Part shown: positions 1 through 7,322 of the stretch, piece after piece | Layout of the letters: each line of letters begins with the position of its first letter | Numbering within the stretch: position 1 is the stretch's first letter | From: Thermoplasmatota archaeon | GTDB lineage: Archaea; Thermoplasmatota; Poseidoniia; Poseidoniales; Poseidoniaceae | NCBI GenBank assembly: GCA_036158745.1 | Contig: JAYYFM010000001.1 | Span: 1 to 27,693, forward strand | Direction of reading: 5' to 3' | Length of the DNA stretch: 27,693 bases | Program-made: the position numbers and the translations under genes | Notes under the pieces: model-generated | Databases searched by the model: none | Told to the model about the DNA's origin: nothing | Seen by the model: the letters and a program-made list of their open reading frames with translations, nothing else

Positions 1-2
1 CA

Positions 3-164
3 GATCTTCACACAACATTCTGGATGGCTGCAAAACTTTGCTCTGCGTGCAAGGTCGAAGTCTCTGAACAACACGCACAAGAGTTGATGGATGCCGTTGA
101 GGCGATTCACAACATGTTCTGGGCAACCAAGGGACGAGACGTCTCTTGGGTCCGTGCAAGTTGA
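3..164 (+). CDS. sodN: Nickel superoxide dismutase, C-terminal part (5' truncated by window edge; absent from ORF track)
   Basis: My translation of frame 3 is DLHTTFWMAAKLCSACKVEVSEQHAQELMDAVEAIHNMFWATKGRDVSWVRAS* (TGA 162-164). This matches the C-terminal helices of marine cyanobacterial-type Ni-SOD (LHxxFWxAAKLCSACK...IHxMFWATK). A sodX-like protease follows directly. The Ni-hook lies outside the window. Confidence 0.88.
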   Translation, partial: DLHTTFWMAAKLCSACKVEVSEQHAQELMDAVEAIHNMFWATKGRDVSWVRAS

Positions 165-173
165 GGCGATTCA

Positions 174-458
174 TTGGAATCAATGGCTGTGGTCGTGAAC
201 GGCGACAGCATGTGGCCGACACTCAAAGATGGAGAAACCATCGATGTGAATGTCCTAAACGATCAACATCTGCAACCAGGAGATATCGTCGTATTCCCTG
301 ATCCACGCGATACCTCAAGAATGTGCATCAAGCGATTGAAGCGTATCGAAGAAAATGGCCTTTTTGTCGAAGGAGATAATCCAGATCCAACCGCCTCAAC
401 CGATTCACACAATTATGGGTTGATTCCTCTTGAATCAGTCATTGGATTCAAACGCTAA
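174..458 (+). CDS. sodX: Ni-SOD maturation protease (S26 signal-peptidase-like)
   Basis: GDSMWPTL (catalytic Ser box), GDIVVF, IKRL (catalytic Lys) and VEGDN...STDSHNYG. Lies directly downstream of sodN, preceded by a GAGGCGA RBS-like sequence. The start may be ATG 183 instead of TTG 174. Confidence 0.85.
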   Translation: MESMAVVVNGDSMWPTLKDGETIDVNVLNDQHLQPGDIVVFPDPRDTSRMCIKRLKRIEENGLFVEGDNPDPTASTDSHNYGLIPLESVIGFKR

Positions 459-1178
459 TTTTCCTTGACCTAACTCTTCTTCGACAGGAAGTGGGAACAA
501 TTTGCGTACGAGGAGTTTTCTTAGAATCGATGAACCGTCTCGTAGAGAACCCAACTTTGCCTCACCAACTCGGGCACTGTAGGATATTGGCACGTTGGTG
601 AGCGGGATTCCAGTGATGGCGCATTGCGCATACATCTCGGCCTCGATCTCGAAATCCATGCTGTTTAGGTTCATCTGCACCAAAGCTTCTCGATCAAAGA
701 GCCAAAAGCCGCTGCAAACATCATGGATTTCAACGCCGTGAAGGATGACTGCAGACCACGTAAGAAGATGATTTCCAATCCAATTGACCGGCGACATGGC
801 GTCACTGGCTAAATGGCGATTCAATCGATTTCCCACAACGACCATTCCAGTTTCAAGTTTCGCAAGCATCCTCAGTATATCCCTCGGATTGTAGGTTCGG
901 TCTGCATCAAACATGACGACAGCATCGTAGTGATGCTGGAGGGCATAGGTGAATCCCAGTCTCACTGCTTCTCCCTTGCCCTTTGAAGGTTGGACTAAGA
1001 CGACACAACCACTCTCAGTACCAACTTGTTGGGATGAATCCGTACTCTTCCCATCAACAATCACGATATCGGGTTGCCAACCCTCTTCTTCAAGCGATGC
1101 GTGAGGTATGGTTTTCAACACCGCACGTAATCCATCTGCCTCATTGAGGACAGGAAGGAGAATCATCAAACGTTTCAC
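435..1178 (-). CDS. Glycosyltransferase family 2, DPM1/dolichol-phosphate glycosyltransferase-like
   Basis: LPVLNEAD, IVIVDGKSTD, GKGEAVRLG, DAD (DxD) motif, DVCSGF, FEIEAEM and YSARVGEAKL; no transmembrane helix. Confidence 0.88.
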   Translation of the reverse strand: MKRLMILLPVLNEADGLRAVLKTIPHASLEEEGWQPDIVIVDGKSTDSSQQVGTESGCVVLVQPSKGKGEAVRLGFTYALQHHYDAVVMFDADRTYNPRDILRMLAKLETGMVVVGNRLNRHLASDAMSPVNWIGNHLLTWSAVILHGVEIHDVCSGFWLFDREALVQMNLNSMDFEIEAEMYAQCAITGIPLTNVPISYSARVGEAKLGSLRDGSSILRKLLVRKLFPLPVEEELGQGKLAFESND

Positions 1179-1204
1179 GTTTGTTTCTTACAGAAGGATG
1201 CTTT

Positions 1205-3541
1205 TCATGCCTTCGCAGGATTTACTCGATTCAATTCCAAATGATGAATCCGTAAGCCAGTTGAATCAACGATTTGTGAACTTCTTCCAGAAAATCCGAG
1301 AGGGTTGATCCAAGATGAACCATCCGAACTCAATTCGAATTCAACATGAAGTCGCTGATCGACTTGGACATTGTGACACGCCATGTTCCAACCTCCTGAC
1401 TTCTCTAAGCTCAAGGATTGATCATTGAACCTGATCGAATAGTCTTCAAACGAACCAATTTGTTCGTACACAAGACAGACTTTGTACAATCCCTGCAGAC
1501 TCGTTTGATTCACGACTTCATTCCAAAGAAAGGTTCCTTTTTCATTCAGGAGAATCCGTTTATCACCTCGCTCGAGGGGATCATTGAAACGGTGGTTGCG
1601 CCAAGGATCATCCTCCAGTGTACATCCCTTCATTGAGATGCACGTATCTTGGCTGAGTGCGACAACGGAGGTAACTCTGGATGGTGATGGTTCATTCCAA
1701 AGTTTCCAATATCGTGCTCCAAAAAAATCCTGCTCCATGCTCCAATAGGGTGATGGGCCCAAAGTCAACGCAATCGTTCCGATAGGGCTTGAAACTGCGT
1801 AACCAATGCCCAGTAGATTCAAGGTTTCGATGTCATCCATATGAATGGCCGTTGTTGCCGCGCCCTGTATGGATTCATCCAATGTCAGAAGGCCGAGTGT
1901 TGGGATGCTTGTGGTCCGAATTGATGCATCGAAGGCGTAACTGTGTCCCCAGTGAACGTTTTCGGAATACACGAACATGTCGGGTGGATGATTCATCAGA
2001 TACGTTCGAAGTTCAGCATCGCCCGATGTTGTTGCATGAAGTTCATCATGCGTTGACAGGTTGGTCAACAAACCAACGCTCATCATCGATCCGATGACGA
2101 GCATGACGAGGAAAATCGTGCTGTACAATGGTCGAATGAACGGATCCATTTCCAATCCGAACCATGCTTTTTGGTCGTCGACGGTTGTCAACGAGGTCGA
2201 TCGACTCGCAAGTAACCCTACAATCACTGCAAGGGGGACATGGTAGGCGTGCAATGCCATCGAATAGAGCGTGTACGAAAGGAGGCTGAGAACCTGGATG
2301 TTTGCCAACCCTTCGATGAGATGTACGAATGAAAGAAGCCATAATGCTAGGAACCAGAGAGAGAGCAGTCGGATTTCAAGACTCTTACGTCCCATGAAAA
2401 TCGCTACAGTTGCGAAAAACATCAGCGGTCCATTGAACATGAGCATAGGTTTTCCACCTTGCCATCCATATTCTGCAAAGACTGGCTCACTCAGCATGCG
2501 TGGTGCGAAATAGATGAGGGCGATGATGAACATCGAGGTCACAATTAGAATCGATGTAAGGAAGATTGGCTTTTGTTGAGATTGTTCATCATCGGACAAT
2601 CGATCACGAGAAAGGAGGCTGGCAACAAGCAACGCAGCGAGGTAGATCGCTCCAGTAGGGTGGATGAGTACGGTGCAAATTGAGAGGAATACAAAAGCGA
2701 GCAGATGATACCTGAGTGATTGTTGAATTGGTCGTAGGACAATCATCAATCCAACGATCAATCCCAATTGACTCGCTACGGTAGGGTAGCCCGAATCGAA
2801 CACTTTTGCAAACAATGCGAAGGATGAACCCATGGCTAGAACGCTTGAGGCACCTGCGCCGAGCCGATCCATGCTTCCCCAAACCCCGAGGAGGAGGGCA
2901 AAGAGGGAAAGATGGCCCAAAACGAGAATGGATTGTTCAATCGATGATCCTGTCACACTGACAATCCAAGCGAGAATTGTGGGAAACGCAGGTGGATATG
3001 TCCACAACCCCGCATTGGGTGATGGAACCTCGAACGTGCCTGACTGGGCGACATGGCTTGCAAGTGTGCTGAATCCAATCCAATCAACACCAAATGGGCG
3101 ATCAAACATGATGATTGGGACCAGTGTAAGGAGACAAAAGCATCCCGCCGAAATCTGCAGCAACGGGTTTCGGTTGCTTTGGAACCATTGCTGAGCAGCA
3201 ACTTCCTGTTCAATTTCAGGCTCGGATTCACTCAGAACGAGGCCATGAATTGCAGCTTCCATCTTTTGCCATTGCGTGTATGTGGTTCGTTCGACGTGTA
3301 CTTTGCGGAACAAAAAAGCAATTGATAAAGCGTTGAGAAGAACAAGTGAAATGGTCAAATTCGTAACGCTCCATGCTTGAATGACAAACAACAAACCTGA
3401 TGTTCCATACATGGCTAAAAGCCCGATTGGGAAACACAACAATGCCTTTCGGAAGGTATCCGCAGAAGCATCGAGGATACGCAACAAGGCAAGTCCTGGA
3501 GCAATGGTAGGTAGGAGAATTGCCAGCACAACCTCCCACAT
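1205..3541 (-). CDS. Polytopic membrane protein (778 aa), probable GT-C-fold glycosyltransferase with C-terminal soluble domain
   Basis: About 12-14 hydrophobic segments; first-loop acidic motif DRPFGVDW followed by WTYPPAFP, a pattern seen in GT-C/PMT-like enzymes; hydrophilic C-terminal ~250 aa; 26 bp upstream of the GT2 gene on the same strand. The CDS is solid, the function is inferred. Confidence 0.5.
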   Translation of the reverse strand: MWEVVLAILLPTIAPGLALLRILDASADTFRKALLCFPIGLLAMYGTSGLLFVIQAWSVTNLTISLVLLNALSIAFLFRKVHVERTTYTQWQKMEAAIHGLVLSESEPEIEQEVAAQQWFQSNRNPLLQISAGCFCLLTLVPIIMFDRPFGVDWIGFSTLASHVAQSGTFEVPSPNAGLWTYPPAFPTILAWIVSVTGSSIEQSILVLGHLSLFALLLGVWGSMDRLGAGASSVLAMGSSFALFAKVFDSGYPTVASQLGLIVGLMIVLRPIQQSLRYHLLAFVFLSICTVLIHPTGAIYLAALLVASLLSRDRLSDDEQSQQKPIFLTSILIVTSMFIIALIYFAPRMLSEPVFAEYGWQGGKPMLMFNGPLMFFATVAIFMGRKSLEIRLLSLWFLALWLLSFVHLIEGLANIQVLSLLSYTLYSMALHAYHVPLAVIVGLLASRSTSLTTVDDQKAWFGLEMDPFIRPLYSTIFLVMLVIGSMMSVGLLTNLSTHDELHATTSGDAELRTYLMNHPPDMFVYSENVHWGHSYAFDASIRTTSIPTLGLLTLDESIQGAATTAIHMDDIETLNLLGIGYAVSSPIGTIALTLGPSPYWSMEQDFFGARYWKLWNEPSPSRVTSVVALSQDTCISMKGCTLEDDPWRNHRFNDPLERGDKRILLNEKGTFLWNEVVNQTSLQGLYKVCLVYEQIGSFEDYSIRFNDQSLSLEKSGGWNMACHNVQVDQRLHVEFELSSDGSSWINPLGFSGRSSQIVDSTGLRIHHLELNRVNPAKA

Positions 3542-3570
3542 GCTTTACCGCTGGTTCAAGCATCACATCA

Positions 3571-3586
3571 AGTTCATGCATGAACT
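3571..3586. promoter_or_regulatory. Perfect 16-bp palindrome in divergent intergenic region (candidate operator)
   Basis: AGTTCATGCATGAACT is its own reverse complement and sits between the divergent starts at 3541(-) and 3614(+). Confidence 0.3.
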
Positions 3587-3613
3587 CTTAGAGGTGAATC
3601 TCTTCTTTCGTCC

Positions 3614-4228
3614 ATGTGGGGTTGTCCAGACCGAGCAGGCAGTGGAAAGAATACGTTCCATCCAATCGTTCTTCTTCCAGATGAATACTGGGTGCTTAAT
3701 CTTCAGAAACCACAAACGACGTGGAATCAACAGTTCGAATACACGGTCGGACGATACGATGAAGACCGTCGAGGAATGTACACACAAGACTTGTTTGGAG
3801 GTGAACGGACCATTCACGTTGGCCTGGACATTGGCGGTCCAGCGCAAACACCAATTTTTGCGTTTGAGGATGGAAGGATTCACAGTTTTGCAGACAACGA
3901 TGAGGATGGATCCTACGGTCCGACCATCATCACAGAACACTCAATCGAGATTGATGGTGAACAGCAAAGCATTTGGGTTCTTCACGGTCACTTATCACGT
4001 GAATCGTTGAACGGATTGGTTGCAGGCGCACCCATCTCGAAAGGTGATGCGATTGGGAAGATGGGTGAAGAATACGAAAACGGAGGTTGGCCTCCGCACG
4101 TCCACATACAGTTGTCTCTGGTTGAACCGACAGAACCAGATTTGCAAGGCGTTGTCTCTCCTGAACATCGCGATGATGCTCTCAAGCGTTATCCTGACCC
4201 TCGGAACATCCTCGGGCTACTCTATTGA
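3614..4228 (+). CDS. M23-family metallopeptidase, no signal peptide
   Basis: HVGLD (HxxxD), SYGPTIITEH, LHGHL and ENGGWPPHVHIQ (HxH) zinc-binding motifs. Confidence 0.85.
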   Translation: MWGCPDRAGSGKNTFHPIVLLPDEYWVLNLQKPQTTWNQQFEYTVGRYDEDRRGMYTQDLFGGERTIHVGLDIGGPAQTPIFAFEDGRIHSFADNDEDGSYGPTIITEHSIEIDGEQQSIWVLHGHLSRESLNGLVAGAPISKGDAIGKMGEEYENGGWPPHVHIQLSLVEPTEPDLQGVVSPEHRDDALKRYPDPRNILGLLY

Positions 4229-5317
4229 CGCATCATCAGCAAGATACCCTTTCAGAGCTTGTATGGGACGAATGGCAGCTGGATCTTTGCCATGAAGCAA
4301 TGCAAGAGCGATGGTGAGCCAATCCATGACGATGCAGTGATGAAGAAGGACTTCCAACAATGAGGTTCCCTCTCCGTGAATTCTCCATGCAAAATCCGTG
4401 GGTGTATGTTCAATCATCCAATCGACTCGACGGCGTACGCGTGGATGCATTCCATCCCATGTCAGAATCAGTATGGCCTGATCTTCTCGAGCAGGATCGG
4501 CATCATCCGAGACGCCTCCCCACGCCACAATTTCGTTGTGGTTCATTTCGGGAACAACTCCAATTCGAGCGAAACGTCCTGAATTTTCATTCAACTGATT
4601 CTTGCATCGCACCAAGGCTGGTTGCATTTCCGTTGGTCCAAGCAATGCAATCGGATGTTCTCGAAGAGCCATCGCCAAGTCGAGCAATGGGGCGCCAGAT
4701 GCATTACGGAAATCATTTGCTTGACAAGCATACTCCAAACGAACGAGCATGGCTTCTCGCTCATCGTCCGCTTGTGGAGGAATCAATCCCAGATGTTCCA
4801 TCAATGCGAGTTGACGTGAAAACAAGTGGCCAAAGGCGGTACGTGGAGGTTGCCCACCAATCGATGGAATGAGATGACAGTTCTCATGCAACTCGCAAAG
4901 TCCTGCGAGAACACCGCCTGTTGCGATGACGATGACGGTAGCGCCTTGTTTGAGAGCCGACTCCGTTGCGGCAATCGTTTCTTCGGTGTTTCCACTGTGG
5001 GAAGTGGCCAGAATCAACCAGTCAGGCGTCCACCACGATGGCAATTGGTAACCCCTGTGAACAATGAACGGCTTTGAACCTGAAGCATCAGCAATCCGTG
5101 CCAAGAAATCACCCCCAGCAGCCGAGCCACCCATTCCGAAGCAGAGTACGCCATTCCAATCATTGGATTTGAGTTGTTGAAGCCATGGAAGATGTTTCTC
5201 ATCAACTGCCGAGAAGCCACGTTCAAGATCAGAAACAAACGACTGGGTAAATCCAATCATACCTTCAGAATCCAATTGTTGAGACAAGTCGTCGATGCTG
5301 AGCGTCTCATCGGCCAT
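4217..5317 (-). CDS. Bifunctional phosphoglucose/phosphomannose isomerase (SIS domain)
   Basis: GMGGSAAGG, TSHSGNTEET, ATGG, QPPRTAF, KNQLNENS, PEMNHNEIVAW. I moved the start to ATG 5317 (MADETL); the track start at 5437 overlaps nmd3. Confidence 0.88.
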   Translation of the reverse strand: MADETLSIDDLSQQLDSEGMIGFTQSFVSDLERGFSAVDEKHLPWLQQLKSNDWNGVLCFGMGGSAAGGDFLARIADASGSKPFIVHRGYQLPSWWTPDWLILATSHSGNTEETIAATESALKQGATVIVIATGGVLAGLCELHENCHLIPSIGGQPPRTAFGHLFSRQLALMEHLGLIPPQADDEREAMLVRLEYACQANDFRNASGAPLLDLAMALREHPIALLGPTEMQPALVRCKNQLNENSGRFARIGVVPEMNHNEIVAWGGVSDDADPAREDQAILILTWDGMHPRVRRRVDWMIEHTPTDFAWRIHGEGTSLLEVLLHHCIVMDWLTIALALLHGKDPAAIRPIQALKGYLADDASIE

Positions 5318-5354
5318 GGTTCTATGGAAGGTTCGACCTTCATATGGGCTCCTA

Positions 5355-6428
5355 TCAATTCGAGTGGTCAAGCGCCATATCGTGCAAGGCGATGAATTCG
5401 CCATCAACTCGAGCAAGACGTAATTGAGAGGCACCATCGTAGTCCCATGGAAGACGAACGGAGGTCATTTGCCATGTATTTGGGTCTAGGAATTCGGCTG
5501 CAGAATCATCACGATTGAGAATATCCACGACCATGTGGTCGTTCATTTGCGACAATACTTTCACGCCATCAAGGTCTCTCCATGTTGCACCTGTGCGTTC
5601 TTGGCGAGAAATACGCTCCATAATGGCGCCATCCTTGCTCCAAGAACTCGGCCGCCACAAATCGCCTCGCCAACGAACAACGTCACCGAGGTCGTAACCG
5701 GGTTTTCGATAGAGAAGCGTCAGTCGTGTCACATCGACACCATCTTTTCGTCCCACCGTCGAATTCGTTTCTGTGACTTGCCCGCCCCAGTTCTCAATCA
5801 AATGGCGGCCCCATGCACGGGCAAGTCCTTTCGAACCCATGACAACATCGTACCCACCCGTTACTGGGCCTTCATTGGTGATGAAAAACATTGGATCATC
5901 GCTGAGTTGTTCGATAACATCGTCAAGACTCGCTCGAAGATTGTTGAGTTCGCTTTCTTCCAGTCTGCGACCGGTTGAGCGAAGTTGAACAGTCGCCTCG
6001 AAATAATTTCCAGCTCGCCGTGTGCACGTCAAACACACACCGTTTGAACGGCGGGCTCTCATGGTGTGCTCTTCAGTGTACAAGAGATCGTCGATGACGC
6101 CCTCTATCTGCATGTGGAGCAACGTGTGTCGATCTGAAACCGTCCGAGGTTCGAATCCCAAACCGATTTCTTCAGCTCGTTCGTGGAACGAAACGTTGCG
6201 CTGAATCAACTCGTCCCACAACGTATCCTCTGGGATGTTGACCCAACGGCCTTGAATATCGATCAGTCCACAGCGAGCACATTGCGTAAAATTCGTGTTC
6301 TCGGGGACAATAGCAAGTTTGGTTCGCTTGCGTGTGCATGCTTCACACATTTTGTCGGTGAACAGAGGTGGCTCGTTGCCGCACACGAGGCAAAAATCTC
6401 CACCTAGTCCACGACTCAATGAACTCAC
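5355..6428 (-). CDS. nmd3: NMD3 family ribosome biogenesis protein (archaeal)
   Basis: CLVC/CEAC and CARC/CLTC zinc-binding pairs, GNYFEATVQLR, GYDVVMGS, GRKDGVDVTRLTLLYR. The GTG start overlaps the upstream stop (GTGA). Confidence 0.88.
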   Translation of the reverse strand: MSSLSRGLGGDFCLVCGNEPPLFTDKMCEACTRKRTKLAIVPENTNFTQCARCGLIDIQGRWVNIPEDTLWDELIQRNVSFHERAEEIGLGFEPRTVSDRHTLLHMQIEGVIDDLLYTEEHTMRARRSNGVCLTCTRRAGNYFEATVQLRSTGRRLEESELNNLRASLDDVIEQLSDDPMFFITNEGPVTGGYDVVMGSKGLARAWGRHLIENWGGQVTETNSTVGRKDGVDVTRLTLLYRKPGYDLGDVVRWRGDLWRPSSWSKDGAIMERISRQERTGATWRDLDGVKVLSQMNDHMVVDILNRDDSAAEFLDPNTWQMTSVRLPWDYDGASQLRLARVDGEFIALHDMALDHSN

Positions 6429-6583
6429 TCCTGTTCATGGTCGGCCGTCTTGAAACTTCGTTCAACCGCTTCAATCCGCTTCTCAAGGTCGTTGCTACGT
6501 GCAAAAACTGTCCACGTCCAAAGGCCGATGGCAGCGAGCATGCCGAGATATGCCACAGCAAGATAGGTCATTCCTTCGTCCAT
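6425..6583 (-). CDS. ccmD: CcmD-like small bitopic membrane protein, 52 aa (missed by ORF track)
   Basis: My translation: MDEGMTYLAVAYLGMLAAIGLWTWTVFARSNDLEKRIEAVERSFKTADHEQE*. One TM with the YLxxAY pattern plus a charged helical tail. RBS GAGGTG 5 nt upstream; starts 2 nt after the ccmC stop; its TGA overlaps the nmd3 GTG. Confidence 0.75.
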   Translation of the reverse strand: MDEGMTYLAVAYLGMLAAIGLWTWTVFARSNDLEKRIEAVERSFKTADHEQE

Positions 6584-6585
6584 GT

Positions 6586-7284
6586 TTACACCTCATCCTT
6601 TGCTTCTTGAATCCTTTCCAATCGTTGCTCGAGCGATGTGATTCGCATGCTCATCAGAACATGACCGAAGATGAAAACCGTAAACGAAATCGCACCCAGC
6701 ATGAGGATGAGGAACATTTCCTCATTGAGGCTTCCACTTTCCCCGCCACCAATCACTGGACCAGGGTGACGAATTTGCCATAACCGCGTGGCAACGTACG
6801 TGACTGGAACGAGTATGAATCCAAACAGACCAAAGGTGGAAAAGGTATCTCTCGTTTCCACCCCATCGATTTGAGCTTGCCTACCCAAAACTAGGAACAT
6901 TGCAAGGAATGTGAGGAGTCCAAATGTATTCAATCGAACGTCTGTCCAATCCCAGGGGACACCCCACTCTGCAGAACCCCAGACCATACCGCTCCATACG
7001 GTCATCAAACCTGTAGCAAGTCCGGCTTGTGCACCTGCGACATGCATCTTCCAACCGAGGTCGGAACGTTTGAAAAACCACAATGCAGAACCTACGAAAA
7101 GGAATCCAAAAGCGATGAATGCAGACCATGCTGCGGGAACGTGCCAGTAGAAAATCCGTTGAGCTTCTGGTGATTCAAAAGCCTTGAGGGAAACACTCGG
7201 TGCTTTGAGAAAGGCAAGCCCGAGGGTCATGCCAATTCCGATGAATCCAAGCAAAAGAATCACCTCTGCCAATCGCTTGGTCAT
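6586..7284 (-). CDS. ccmC: Heme exporter / cytochrome c biogenesis protein CcmC
   Basis: RIFYWHVPAAW (His1), WWD-type motif WGSAEWGVPWDWTDVRL, RLWQIRHPGP (His2), six TMs. I moved the start to ATG 7284 (MTKRL); the track extension overlaps the upstream gene. Confidence 0.88.
   Translation of the reverse strand: MTKRLAEVILLLGFIGIGMTLGLAFLKAPSVSLKAFESPEAQRIFYWHVPAAWSAFIAFGFLFVGSALWFFKRSDLGWKMHVAGAQAGLATGLMTVWSGMVWGSAEWGVPWDWTDVRLNTFGLLTFLAMFLVLGRQAQIDGVETRDTFSTFGLFGFILVPVTYVATRLWQIRHPGPVIGGGESGSLNEEMFLILMLGAISFTVFIFGHVLMSMRITSLEQRLERIQEAKDEV
6589..6594 (-). promoter_or_regulatory. Ribosome-binding site for ccmD-like ORF
   Basis: Minus strand reads GAGGTG-TAAAC-ATG. Confidence 0.65.
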
Positions 7285-7322
7285 GTTTATTCCACCGAAC
7301 CTTTTGCTTTCAATAATTGCAT

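Noticed and set aside
96-173. 14-bp direct repeat GTTGAGGCGATTCA at 96-109 and 160-173
   Set aside because: Only two copies. The second acts as the sodN stop plus RBS (GAGGCGA also precedes the KaiC-like gene) and the first is coding. Not a CRISPR or target-site duplication.
3381-4010. 209-aa plus-strand ORF overlapping the GT-C-like and M23 genes
   Set aside because: No recognisable motifs; overlaps two well-supported genes; shadow ORF.
5318-5437. N-terminal extension of the PGI/PMI ORF in the track
   Set aside because: Overlaps the nmd3 3' end and is not SIS-like; start reassigned to 5317.
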